IMG/VR virus record: IMGVR_UViG_3300046370_000603
Strand: one strand, 5' to 3'
Length of the DNA: 64,000 nucleotides
DNA from: a virus
Shown here: one piece after another, positions 10,532-20,374 of the stretch
How the letters are laid out: each line of letters begins with the position of its first letter
Position numbering within the stretch: position 1 is the stretch's first letter
The notes under the pieces: generated by a model
The model's input: only the letters and a program-made list of their open reading frames with translations
Database searches by the model: none
Told to the model about the DNA's origin: nothing
Position numbers and translations under genes: made by a program

Positions 10532-11071
10532 ATGAAGTTGGTGATAGATAAAGAAAAGTGTTATGATCGAAAAATTGAAATTATCAAACCTTTATTATTG
10601 CATTTTATAAGATCTAGAATTTACAATCATCAAGATTGTCAAGATATATTGCAAAATACTTTATTTATTTTAATTAAAAAGCGCGACACCTATATCCCAA
10701 GTAAAAGTTTTTATAGTTGGAGCTTTACAATATGCAGGTTTCAAATAAAAAGATATTTAAGTGAATCGTCTAGATCTAGAGAGTTCTGTTCCTCGGATCA
10801 TCTAGATAATACAGCTTGCTCAATTTTTGATCCATTTTTAGTTTTAGACAATAAAGAATCTTTATCTAAAAAGCAAGAGTTAACCAAAACAATAGAAAAT
10901 AAACATTTAAGCTGCAGAGAAACAGAGTTCTTTAAACTTCTTAAAGAGGGTAAAAGCCGCTCTGAAATTATGAACGCAATGAATATTAAACAAGTTAGCT
11001 ATTATCAATATAGAATTAGAGTCGCTCAGCGTTTCGCTAAACATTTTTCTGCGTATGAACAGGAAGTATAA
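10532..11071 (+). CDS. ECF-type sigma70-family factor
   Basis: Region 2 DCQDILQNT...F.SWSFTICRFQI; C-terminal HTH LSCRETEFF.L..EGKSRSEI. Confidence 0.75.
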   Translation: MKLVIDKEKCYDRKIEIIKPLLLHFIRSRIYNHQDCQDILQNTLFILIKKRDTYIPSKSFYSWSFTICRFQIKRYLSESSRSREFCSSDHLDNTACSIFDPFLVLDNKESLSKKQELTKTIENKHLSCRETEFFKLLKEGKSRSEIMNAMNIKQVSYYQYRIRVAQRFAKHFSAYEQEV

Positions 11072-11630
11072 TAACCAACCTAGGAAAGATATCATACTCA
11101 AGCTTCGATCTAAAGGTTTGAGCTATAAACAAATTCAAAAAAAAATAGGATGTTCTCTTTCGACTATTTCGTACCATTGCGGTTCTGGTTCTGAAAAAGC
11201 TAGGGTCAAAAAACAAGTGAAAAACAGGAAGCCAATATGCAAAAAAGTCTCAAATTTTAAAGCTCGATGCACAAGAGCTAATTATCAGACTTTAAGAGCT
11301 AAAGTTAAAACTTTCAAGAAAAGACCTCCGTCATCAAATAAAGGTAATGCAATCGTTAATAATATTTCAAAAAATTACTCATGCAAAGATGTGATTAATC
11401 ATATAGGTGAAAAGCCCATTTGTTATTTAACGGGACTACCAATTAATTTAAATAAACCCGAAACTTATCACCTTGATCATATTATACCCACATCAAAAGG
11501 TGGAACTAATGATCTTAGTAACCTCGGTATCTGCTTAAAGGAAGCTAATTATGCAAAAGGCGAACTATCTCTTTTGGAACTATATGATTTATGCGAAAAG
11601 ATTTTGTCTTTTAAAAGTAAAAAAAAATAG
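11055..11630 (+). CDS. HNH endonuclease with N-terminal HTH
   Basis: GLSYKQIQKKIGCSLSTISYH HTH; CYLTG...HLDHIIP.SKGG.N.LSNL...AN.AKG. Confidence 0.85.
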   Translation: MNRKYNNQPRKDIILKLRSKGLSYKQIQKKIGCSLSTISYHCGSGSEKARVKKQVKNRKPICKKVSNFKARCTRANYQTLRAKVKTFKKRPPSSNKGNAIVNNISKNYSCKDVINHIGEKPICYLTGLPINLNKPETYHLDHIIPTSKGGTNDLSNLGICLKEANYAKGELSLLELYDLCEKILSFKSKKK

Positions 11631-12010
11631 AATTTTCTAAATAATAAATTATTATTTAATTAAATACATCCTATATTATGAATGAAGAACAGCAAAATAT
11701 TTTAAAAAATTTCACAACTCTCGAAGAAGATTTGCACGATACTGAGTATAAATCAGATTTTGAAATCCTTAGAGAAGCCTGGAACATAGAGATTAGCAAG
11801 CCTGGATGCACTCAGTGCATTAAAAATGGGGCTATGTCTAAGTATAGTCAAATTGCATCAAATATGATTCTACATGGCTTATCAATAGAACAATCCAAGC
11901 AAGTCCTAGATCTTCGTAATGATTTAAATAAGAAGCATCAAGAAGTTGCGAAAGAAATCAATGGTGAAGTAGAAGCTGAAATCGCAAAAATCAAGGCTCA
12001 AAGTTAAAAC

Positions 12011-12268
12011 GTGAATAAATTAAAATATTTCACTGCCTCCTGGTGCGGACCTTGTAAATTTTTTAAACCAACCATTGAAGAGTTGAAAGAAGAAGGGCGA
12101 AATATAGATATTATAGACATTGATGAAAATCGGTCTATAGCTTCCGAATATCAAGTTATGTCTGTACCTACTTTAATTTTTGAAAGAGATGGCTCTGCTT
12201 ACGCTCGAACAACTGGTGCCCTGCCAAAATCTGAAGTTGAAAGAGCTTTAGATTGGTCTCCTGAATAA
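12011..12268 (+). CDS. Thioredoxin
   Basis: FTASWCGPCK, V.SVPT. Confidence 0.92.
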   Translation: MNKLKYFTASWCGPCKFFKPTIEELKEEGRNIDIIDIDENRSIASEYQVMSVPTLIFERDGSAYARTTGALPKSEVERALDWSPE

Positions 12269-12311
12269 TTTTTATTGACTTTTTATTCATATTGTATATG
12301 ATTTAAATCAT

Positions 12312-12485
12312 ATGAATAAAAAATACTTAAAACTTACAGACCTTTGGTTTGATGGCAAATATACTCAAGTTGGAAACGAAATTAAAAAAAATAATTGGAC
12401 AAATAAGCAAGTCATTGAATTTAGTTCTTATTTCGCTAAATATTGCGGTCTTAAAGAGCTTGCTATTCTCCATAAATTTCTTTAA
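12312..12485 (+). CDS. Small hypothetical protein (57 aa, absent from ORF track)
   Basis: ATG just downstream of a TTGACT-N17-TATGAT promoter; open frame MNKKYLKL...HKFL ends just before the tRNA. Confidence 0.55.
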   Translation: MNKKYLKLTDLWFDGKYTQVGNEIKKNNWTNKQVIEFSSYFAKYCGLKELAILHKFL

Positions 12486-12504
12486 TTTTTTAATTATAAA
12501 GTTC

Positions 12505-12580
<76 letters not shown>

Positions 12581-12973
12581 CTTTATGAATTCCCTAGATT
12601 TGGCTTGGAAGTCTTTTGAATTTTATTCCCATAAAATAGAAGAGTCTGAATCTATTTATCAGACTTATCATTTTGTCTTAGATTCTCATATAGATGAAAT
12701 GATTCAATTAGATGATAGAGAAAAAAAAGATCTTAAAAATAATTTACTAGATACCATCAATTCACTTCACAACCTTTATCGTAAACAAATGCAGTCTTTA
12801 GATGATATATTAAATAATACGCCCAATAATACATCTCACGCTGACCACAAAAAGTTAGGTGACTATCATCTTGCCAGCCCTGATTCAATCAACACCCTCA
12901 AAAGTCTTACCCTAGATTTAATATCTCAACTAGAAATAGATAAAAACAATATCAAAGAATATTTACGTTAATT

Positions 12974-13426
12974 ATGAACGCTAGTGAAATTAGGTTCAAA
13001 AATATCTGCGCAAAAAAAAATTTTAAAATTTCTAAATCTACAAAAAATCAAGATATTCACGAACATTGGGATTTTAAAGTTAACAATTCTCTAGTAGATG
13101 TAAAAGGTCTTAAAAAAATTTCTCGTTCCGATGGTGAATATAGTAATGATATAACTTGGCTTGAGATACAAAACGTTCGCGGTAATGTTGGCTGGTTAAA
13201 AGGTAAAGCTGACTTCATCGCTTTCGAGCAAGAAGATTGTTTTTTAATTTTTCGAAGAAAAGATTTGCTTGATTGGTTGAGAAAAAAAATCACCAATTAT
13301 CGTTTTGTTAATTCGTCCAAAGAAGCTCTATACAGGTTATATCAAAGAAGAGGGCGCAAAGATATTATTTGTATGGCAAAAATTTCAGACTTTAAAAAAG
13401 AAATTAAATATTGGAAATTGTTTTAG
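12974..13426 (+). CDS. PD-(D/E)XK-like nuclease
   Basis: HWDF...VDVKG..WLEIQNV.G..GWLKGKADFIAFE. Confidence 0.55.
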   Translation: MNASEIRFKNICAKKNFKISKSTKNQDIHEHWDFKVNNSLVDVKGLKKISRSDGEYSNDITWLEIQNVRGNVGWLKGKADFIAFEQEDCFLIFRRKDLLDWLRKKITNYRFVNSSKEALYRLYQRRGRKDIICMAKISDFKKEIKYWKLF

Positions 13427-13439
13427 TGTATACATAAAT

Positions 13440-13820
13440 ATGGATCACAAACATTTAATGGTAAATTCAACTTTTGAATCAACCCCTTTTACATCTACTA
13501 TTTTCACAAGCGATTGGATTCGTCATTTAGTTGACCTGATAGATATGAAAATCCTTTATGCTCCGCGATCAGTTAGGTGCGATAAAGAAGGAAATGAAGG
13601 TATCAGTTCTTTTTGTTTAATTACTACCAGTCATATTGCTCTGCATTCTTGGGAAGAAACTGACCCCAATCTTGTTCAGTTAGATATATATAGTTGCAAA
13701 CCTTTTGATTACCAAATTGTTTTAGAAGAGTTTAGAAAATTCTCCCCGATGACACTTGGTTGTAAATTCTTAGACCGATCTATCCCTTCAACAAAAGGAT
13801 GGATTATGGGAGAATCATGA
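13440..13820 (+). CDS. speD: S-adenosylmethionine decarboxylase proenzyme (short, SpeH-type)
   Basis: HKHL N-terminus, TSHIALHSW autocleavage motif, QLDIYSC; start re-set to ATG 13440 behind a GTGTA motif. Confidence 0.8.
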   Translation: MDHKHLMVNSTFESTPFTSTIFTSDWIRHLVDLIDMKILYAPRSVRCDKEGNEGISSFCLITTSHIALHSWEETDPNLVQLDIYSCKPFDYQIVLEEFRKFSPMTLGCKFLDRSIPSTKGWIMGES

Positions 13821-14122
13821 GTGTAAATTGGGACGAATATAGCGACCTCCGAGCTCCTATTCTTGTTACTGACGATAAAGGCTTAGAAGTAATTGTCAAA
13901 AAAGTACAAAACTCTCGATGGAATGGCATGTGCATACATCCTAATGGGGTTTTTTCATTAATTGATTTTGGTATTTCAATAATAGGTGATGAGACGACTT
14001 CTGACCAAATTTACAAAAGGAATTGTGTTTACGACGATTACGATCAATACATCAAAATGTTCAAACAGACTACTTATGCTATTCTTCGTCAATTTAACTC
14101 GTGATTACTTTGTTTAATTAAT

Positions 14123-14902
14123 ATGAAAATTTACTTTAAACATTATTCAGGCGCTATTGCCGAATATGATTATATGTTCTTTGATTGCATGGCTAAAGTT
14201 TCATTCAGCGAAGAAGATTCAGCATTGCAACAGGGCTGGCTTCCAGACGACTACTTTCTACCAAAAAATGAAGATAGGAGTCATTGGTATCAAGCTCGAC
14301 AAACAAGAATCAATCTTAAAAAATTTCAGGAAACAAAAAGCACAAAAAAAACTAGAAAAAAATGCAGTCAAATTCAAATAAAGAAATATGAATGCGAAGA
14401 AATTGACCTTAATATATTAAATAATATCTTTTTAAAATATTTTGAATACAAGCAGTTTAAGCCTTGGAAGCTAGAACCCTTAGTTGAGCTAGAAAAAGAT
14501 CGAAAATTTTTCTTAGTTTACCATGCTCCATCCGAAAGTGGCGGCTGGCATAATCCCGTAGCCTTTACTTACATGAGAGATGTTGGGAGTAATAGTGTGT
14601 TTTCAACTCAATTTGCTTGGGATTATTCAAATCCGAAATTATATTTGGGCAAATATGCAAATCTTGCCGAAATAGATTATTGCATTAAAAATAATAAAGA
14701 CTATATGTACACTGGTATGGGTTACGAAAATTGCTGCATTTATAAGTCAAGCTATAAAGGATTTGAATTTTGGACGGGGGAAGAATGGTCTGATGACATT
14801 GACCATTATAAATTTTTATGCGAAAGAGATTCTAGAATTATAAATACCAAAGAATTAGATAAAATTAAAAAACATGATGATCAAAACTTTTTCAAAAAAT
14901 AG
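14123..14902 (+). CDS. Aminoacyl-tRNA-protein transferase (ATE/Bpt-like)
   Basis: L..GW, RINL..F N-domain; WDY..PKLYLGKYANLAEI...YMYTG.GY..C..YK..YKGFE C-domain. Confidence 0.65.
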   Translation: MKIYFKHYSGAIAEYDYMFFDCMAKVSFSEEDSALQQGWLPDDYFLPKNEDRSHWYQARQTRINLKKFQETKSTKKTRKKCSQIQIKKYECEEIDLNILNNIFLKYFEYKQFKPWKLEPLVELEKDRKFFLVYHAPSESGGWHNPVAFTYMRDVGSNSVFSTQFAWDYSNPKLYLGKYANLAEIDYCIKNNKDYMYTGMGYENCCIYKSSYKGFEFWTGEEWSDDIDHYKFLCERDSRIINTKELDKIKKHDDQNFFKK

Positions 14903-14934
14903 AATTAAATATAAATAATATTATAATATTATTA

Positions 14935-15804
14935 ATGAAAGAGTATGTTCAACGAGCTGGAAACTATATTGAGACTAATAAATTTTCTTACATTATTAAA
15001 GATTCCCCTACGGTCACCATAATTTTTTGCAAAACAGATTTTCTTTTTCAAGAATTTGAAAATCTTAAAAATTTAAATAAAAAGATAATTTTGTTAACGG
15101 GTAATTCTGATTTCCCAATTACAGAAGATCATGTAACAAAAGCTCCTCCAAATTTATTGAGGCTTTATGGTCAAAATGTATTATGCAATGATGATCGCTT
15201 TGTTCCTGTTCCAATGGGGTTGGAAAGTAGCGTAATATGTCGCAGAGGATTTGATCATGGAGTATATTATGATCGATCAAAAGATTTGCAAGATTTATTA
15301 ATCTCGTACACAGACGAAGAAAAAAGTGTTAGTCGAGCAGAAAAATTCATATATTCTAATTTTAGCATTCGCACAAATCCCCCTCACAGACAAGCTGTCT
15401 TTGATTTTGTGCAAGATATTGACTTTATAACTTCTGGTGCAAGGAAACCTGTTCCTGATTTTCATCAAGAAATTTTAAATCATAAAATTACTTTGTGTCC
15501 TGCGGGTAATGGTTTAGATACTCATAGATTGTGGGAAATTTTGTATCTAAATAGAATCCCCTTAACAATTTTCACTAATCAAAAAGCAGCTCAAGGTTCA
15601 ATTTCCCCCAATTACAAAGAATACTCTATATATAAAAAATTATACTCCAAACTACCAATTATAATTCTTGATAAAATAGAAGATCTTAAAAATAAAAATC
15701 TTATTGAAGATTTGTATAATGAAGTTAAAGACCGACCTAATGATTTAGCTTACTTTTCAAATTGGGTTAAAATTATTCATGACGACCTTAACGATCATAC
15801 ATAA
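14935..15804 (+). CDS. Exostosin/GT47-like glycosyltransferase
   Basis: LCPAGNGLDTHRLWEILYL.RIP. Confidence 0.65.
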   Translation: MKEYVQRAGNYIETNKFSYIIKDSPTVTIIFCKTDFLFQEFENLKNLNKKIILLTGNSDFPITEDHVTKAPPNLLRLYGQNVLCNDDRFVPVPMGLESSVICRRGFDHGVYYDRSKDLQDLLISYTDEEKSVSRAEKFIYSNFSIRTNPPHRQAVFDFVQDIDFITSGARKPVPDFHQEILNHKITLCPAGNGLDTHRLWEILYLNRIPLTIFTNQKAAQGSISPNYKEYSIYKKLYSKLPIIILDKIEDLKNKNLIEDLYNEVKDRPNDLAYFSNWVKIIHDDLNDHT

Positions 15805-15813
15805 TTTAAAATT

Positions 15814-16266
15814 GTGATAGAAGATTATATTGATTACATCTCTTTACAGAGAAAAGAATTAGGGGGTCATGCCATCTGCCCTTTTGCTAAAAGTTTTTTA
15901 AATAAAGTCGAAATAATTGAATCTACTAATTTTATGGCAGATGCATTTGATTGCATACAAAATAAAAATCATCCAATGTTGTATTTAATTTATGGTGACT
16001 CAAAACAATTTGATAAAAAATGGCTAGAAGAATTTTGCAATGATCACCAGCAGTTTGCAAAAATAAATGATCTGTGGTTAATATGGGATCACCCCGATCA
16101 AATAAATAAAATAAATGGAATTAAAACAAATAATAAAGAATATGCTATATTAATGATACAAAAATTAAGTGAGTTAAATAAATATTCAAATAAGTTGCAT
16201 AAAACAAATTATTATAGTTTTTGGGATAATAATTATTATAATAAAATTGTAAAGAGTAGGATGTGA
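15814..16266 (+). CDS. DUF1415-like protein
   Basis: CPFAK motif, DHPD, ILMIQ.L..LN. Confidence 0.45.
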   Translation: MIEDYIDYISLQRKELGGHAICPFAKSFLNKVEIIESTNFMADAFDCIQNKNHPMLYLIYGDSKQFDKKWLEEFCNDHQQFAKINDLWLIWDHPDQINKINGIKTNNKEYAILMIQKLSELNKYSNKLHKTNYYSFWDNNYYNKIVKSRM

Positions 16267-16324
16267 AATTTTTTAGAACATTTAACTTAAATTGTTATAA
16301 TAATGGTAAAATCATTTCTTAAAT

Positions 16325-16750
16325 ATGAAAAAATATGATGAAATTAATCAAGATCTTTTAAAATCTTTACCTAATCCAAGTGTTAACGCTTATGAAATAA
16401 AAGTAAAAATCCCCGAATTTACTTTTCTTGGAGTTAAAAATCAACCCGATTTTGCAAATGCTTATATTAGTTTTTATCCCAAAGATAAGATTATTGAGTT
16501 AAAAAGCTTGAAGCAGTACGTTTTCAGTTTAAGGGATATTGTGGTTTCATACGAAAGATTAATTAATATATTTTTTGATCATTTAAACTCAGCGTATGAT
16601 CCCGACAGATTACGCTTGACGATGATTTTTAATCCTCGTGGAGGAATTTCTTCAAAATTAACTATTGACTCTGACTGGTATATTCGCGGAGGTGACGAAA
16701 AATATAAGGATTGGACAAGTCATTCTGAAGAGTGGAGCGTCAATATGTGA
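16325..16750 (+). CDS. QueF (7-cyano-7-deazaguanine reductase)-like T-fold protein lacking the catalytic Cys
   Basis: PEFT..QPDFA, IELKSLKQY, SYE, FNPRGGI; EFTFLG where QueF has EFTSLCP. Confidence 0.75.
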   Translation: MKKYDEINQDLLKSLPNPSVNAYEIKVKIPEFTFLGVKNQPDFANAYISFYPKDKIIELKSLKQYVFSLRDIVVSYERLINIFFDHLNSAYDPDRLRLTMIFNPRGGISSKLTIDSDWYIRGGDEKYKDWTSHSEEWSVNM

Positions 16751-16792
16751 ACCAAATAATACAAAAATATCAACTTATTTATATATAAAATT

Positions 16793-17368
16793 ATGAGAGG
16801 TCAAATTCAATTAGATTCAAATGCAGGTAAATTTATTACTGAAACTTGTTCGAGAAATGATGTTTCTACAATCGTAGAAATAGGAACTTGGGAAGGAGGT
16901 GGGTCTACTCAATGCGTGTTGCAGGGAATTCAAAATACTAATAAATCTTTTTTTACTATTGAATGCTGTTTAGAGAAATACAAAATTGCTATTGAAGGCA
17001 AACCAAATTTTAAAAATATTCATTATTTATTTGGTAAAATTATTGAGGAAGAAGATCTTGACCGAGATAATCTTAGCGGTAAAGAACAAGAATGGCTTCG
17101 CATAGATACTGAAGCCATGAATCAGTGCCCTAATGTTTTAGGTTTATTGCCTAATCAGATTGATTTTCTAATTTTAGATGGGGGAGAGTTTTCAACTAGA
17201 CCTGAATTTTTAAAATTAAAAGATAGGGCAAAAACTGTCTTACTCGACGATACTCGTTCTCGAAAGAATAGATTAAATTTTGCTGAACTTTCTGAGGATG
17301 TTAATTACAAAACAATAATTGATTCTCCTGAGAGACATGGATGGGCGGTTTTTGAAAAAATATCATGA
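16793..17368 (+). CDS. Class I methyltransferase-like protein
   Basis: IVEIGTWEGGGST, DFLILDGGEF, LLDDT. Confidence 0.55.
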   Translation: MRGQIQLDSNAGKFITETCSRNDVSTIVEIGTWEGGGSTQCVLQGIQNTNKSFFTIECCLEKYKIAIEGKPNFKNIHYLFGKIIEEEDLDRDNLSGKEQEWLRIDTEAMNQCPNVLGLLPNQIDFLILDGGEFSTRPEFLKLKDRAKTVLLDDTRSRKNRLNFAELSEDVNYKTIIDSPERHGWAVFEKIS

Positions 17369-17718
17369 ATACTGAAACTAAATTTGTAGAAAAAAGATGG
17401 GGGCATGAAATATGGTTCGCAAATAATAAAGAAGAAAATTATTGTGGTAAAGAATTATTCATTAAAGAAGATTGCCATACATCTATGCACTTTCATCTAA
17501 AAAAACATGAAGTATTTTATATACTAGAGGGGCAACTTTATCTTGAATTAATTGATACAAAAACGGGGGATACGAGTTATATTATTTTAAATAAAGGTGA
17601 TAAATACGAAATAGAACAAGGTAAACCTCATCAACTTCACGCTCATCATGGATCAGTTAGATTAATTGAAGCAAGTACATTTCATAAAAATTCTGACTCT
17701 TACAGGGTATACGATTGA
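17365..17718 (+). CDS. Cupin (sugar-phosphate isomerase-like)
   Basis: KRWGHE, SMHFH..KHE.FYI..G, PHQL, IEAST.H..SDSYR. Confidence 0.75.
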   Translation: MNTETKFVEKRWGHEIWFANNKEENYCGKELFIKEDCHTSMHFHLKKHEVFYILEGQLYLELIDTKTGDTSYIILNKGDKYEIEQGKPHQLHAHHGSVRLIEASTFHKNSDSYRVYD

Positions 17719-17936
17719 TTTAGATATTTTTTATGTGTAACACGCATAATAATGAAAAAATTTTGGTTAATTTGGGCTAGAACTTTAGATCATCGAGTCG
17801 GCAAAACGGACAAAGATCAACCTGATATACCAATTCTTTCTTTGCGGGAAGCTAGATTTAGTTTAATCCTAAGAACAATTATTGTCGTTCTAAATATGGT
17901 GACTTGTTTATTTATAATAGCAAATATAATTAAAAA

Positions 17937-18341
17937 TTGGTAATGAGTAAAAAAGAATTACCAGACAATTATGTTCCAAATGCTTATGCCTTGCCATATG
18001 CAAGTAATTTATCTGCCCCTGTCATCAAACCCGATCATAGTCTTGGTGGTTGGAAAATTGGTGCAGTACATTCAGCAAATAAGCATTACGAAGAATTATT
18101 TAATAAATTAAAAAAAGAATTTGAGGAGCTTGCTGAAAATGTGCAATGGAATGAAATCATTTTTAATGCAGAGATGAGAATGAAACCTGTCATTGGAAAT
18201 ATATATCATTTGTACAAAAAAGATAATCAAAAATATTTCATGAGTTTATTTGCCCCAAATGAGTGTTCTTGGGGAGAAAAATACGCAGGTAGTTTTAGAT
18301 TAAATTATGATAATAGATGGGATAAAATAAATTACTCTTGA
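17937..18341 (+). CDS. DUF2452-like protein
   Basis: LPYASNLSAP, F.P..G.IYHLY-like motif (KPVIGNIYHLY), G.FRL.YD.RW. Confidence 0.55.
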   Translation: MVMSKKELPDNYVPNAYALPYASNLSAPVIKPDHSLGGWKIGAVHSANKHYEELFNKLKKEFEELAENVQWNEIIFNAEMRMKPVIGNIYHLYKKDNQKYFMSLFAPNECSWGEKYAGSFRLNYDNRWDKINYS

Positions 18342-18375
18342 CAATGCTTTATGAGTATAATATACTAGCATCACT

Positions 18376-18978
18376 ATCAATAAAATCGAATACAAAAAAT
18401 ATTTAAAATCTTCCGAATGGAAGACTAAAAGAGAGCGTGTTAAAAAAAGAGACGGATGTCGTTGCGTTATTTGTGGTACAAGCTCAGAACTTCATGTTCA
18501 CCATCGCACTTATGAAAACATTGGTAATGAAAAATTGAGTGACTTAATTACGCTTTGCGGAAGTTGCCATACTCTTTATCATGCCAAAATGCCAAGTTAT
18601 GAGCCTGTTGAAAATTTACCATCGAAACCGATTAATCCAAATAATGGAAAAAAAATATGGAATAAAAAAAAGTGGCTAAAGCAACGATCCTATGCAGAAG
18701 ACGCTATAGATGATCGCACCTTGATACTTCGTGACTGCAATATTAATAATCCAATTAGAATTACAAAAAAAATCTTAACGCTTTGTCTAACTTTCGGATG
18801 TGGCTTACATAAAGAAGCTCACTATACTTTGCTTACAAAAAATAATTTAAGACAAAAATCGGGTTGGCAATCAAAAGTTCGTAGAAAATTTATATCATAT
18901 AAAGACTTGGAGTCCTTATTTCAATTCACTCAACAAAGAGAAGCTTCTCAAATCAGAGAAAATACAAAACACTATTGA
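18376..18978 (+). CDS. HNH endonuclease without a canonical start codon
   Basis: Frame extends upstream of track ORF: YLKSSEW...RDGCRCVICG...LHVHHRTY...DLITLCGSCH; in-frame TAA at 18358; ATC at 18376 is the likeliest start. Confidence 0.7.
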   Translation: MNKIEYKKYLKSSEWKTKRERVKKRDGCRCVICGTSSELHVHHRTYENIGNEKLSDLITLCGSCHTLYHAKMPSYEPVENLPSKPINPNNGKKIWNKKKWLKQRSYAEDAIDDRTLILRDCNINNPIRITKKILTLCLTFGCGLHKEAHYTLLTKNNLRQKSGWQSKVRRKFISYKDLESLFQFTQQREASQIRENTKHY

Positions 18979-19238
18979 CATTCTTAATTTCTTATTATAA
19001 TATTAATTTATTATGAAAAGAGGAAGACCAAAAGGACATAGCCCTTATACAGAAATTAGTTATGAAGACCTAAGCGATTGGGTTGGATGCAAAACCAAAA
19101 TCCCTGTTTCTAAAAAGTGGTTGCAGGTTTTAATGGGAAATGAAACGGAAGATGATATTTCTGTTGACAATTCGCCAAAAGAAGTGGATACTAAAGACAT
19201 TGACTCTAAAATTGAATATACTTTAACCAAATTTGATA

Positions 19239-20165
19239 ATGAATAATTACTTTTCTCATCTTGTAGGTCAGAATGCAGTTAAGAAAAAGCTATCTTTCTA
19301 TCTTGATGCTTTTCACAAAACCTCTCAATGCCCATTTCTATTAATGTCGGGTGCTAAAGGTTTGGGTAAAACTGAATTCGCCAAATCTTTCGCCAAGAAT
19401 CTTTATAATAGAGATGGCGACAGAAGATCGTTTCTTGAATTAAATTGCTCTACCATTAAAAATAATGAACAATTTTTTGAGCAAATTTTTCTACCTCTTA
19501 TTGCTGATAATGAAATTACAATTTTATTTGATGAGTGTCATGCCTTGCCTCATGATCTTACAATGGCTTTTTTAACAATTTTTAACGCCGAAACTAATAG
19601 TAGAAAAACTTTCGAGTGGAATGAAATGACATTTGAATTTAATTTTAAGCAACAAACTTTTATTTTTGCAACAACTGAAACTGACAAAATTTTCCCCCCA
19701 TTAAAAGATAGAATGACTGCTGTAGATTTTGAGCCTTATTCACAAGACGATTTATCTGCCATCGTTCAGCTTTGTATTCCCGAAATTCAGTTCGTGGATG
19801 GTGTTGAGGATAGGGTTGCTTCGACCATTAGAGGTAATGCTCGTAGTGCAGTAAAACGCTCTAAAGAAATACAATTATATTGCGGTGCAAAAGAAAGTTC
19901 CTACTTCAGTAATGAAGATTTTGATGATTTGTGCGACAAAGTTGGAATTCTTCCCTTTGGCATTACTCATACTGAAAAACAAATTCTTCAAGCTCTAAAT
20001 AATTGTGGTTCAGCAACTCTCACAGGACTTGCGGCTAAGATTGGTATGAGTAAAACTGCCCTACAGAGAGATCATGAACTTTATTTATTAAATAAAAATT
20101 TAATTGAGATAGATGGAAAGAGAAAAATAACAGGTCAAGGCATTGACCTTTGCAAAACTTTTTAA
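19239..20165 (+). CDS. ruvB: RuvB-like Holliday-junction AAA+ ATPase
   Basis: F..LVGQ, GAKGLGKT, LFDECH, FIFATTE, PLKDR, RGNAR, C-terminal winged helix. Confidence 0.8.
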   Translation: MNNYFSHLVGQNAVKKKLSFYLDAFHKTSQCPFLLMSGAKGLGKTEFAKSFAKNLYNRDGDRRSFLELNCSTIKNNEQFFEQIFLPLIADNEITILFDECHALPHDLTMAFLTIFNAETNSRKTFEWNEMTFEFNFKQQTFIFATTETDKIFPPLKDRMTAVDFEPYSQDDLSAIVQLCIPEIQFVDGVEDRVASTIRGNARSAVKRSKEIQLYCGAKESSYFSNEDFDDLCDKVGILPFGITHTEKQILQALNNCGSATLTGLAAKIGMSKTALQRDHELYLLNKNLIEIDGKRKITGQGIDLCKTF

Positions 20166-20374
20166 ATATGAAACTAAACTCGGAAACTCAACATAATTTT
20201 CTAAAATTAGTGGAAGAACTCAATGAATTATCTCTTGAATTAATTCATGCGGTAAATAAAGTTAATAAAAATAATTTAGATAAAATATCCAATGAAATTA
20301 AAGATGTTGAAAAGTATTTAAATATTTTAAAAAAATATCTTGACTCACAATCCTAAATATACTATATTTCAGAC

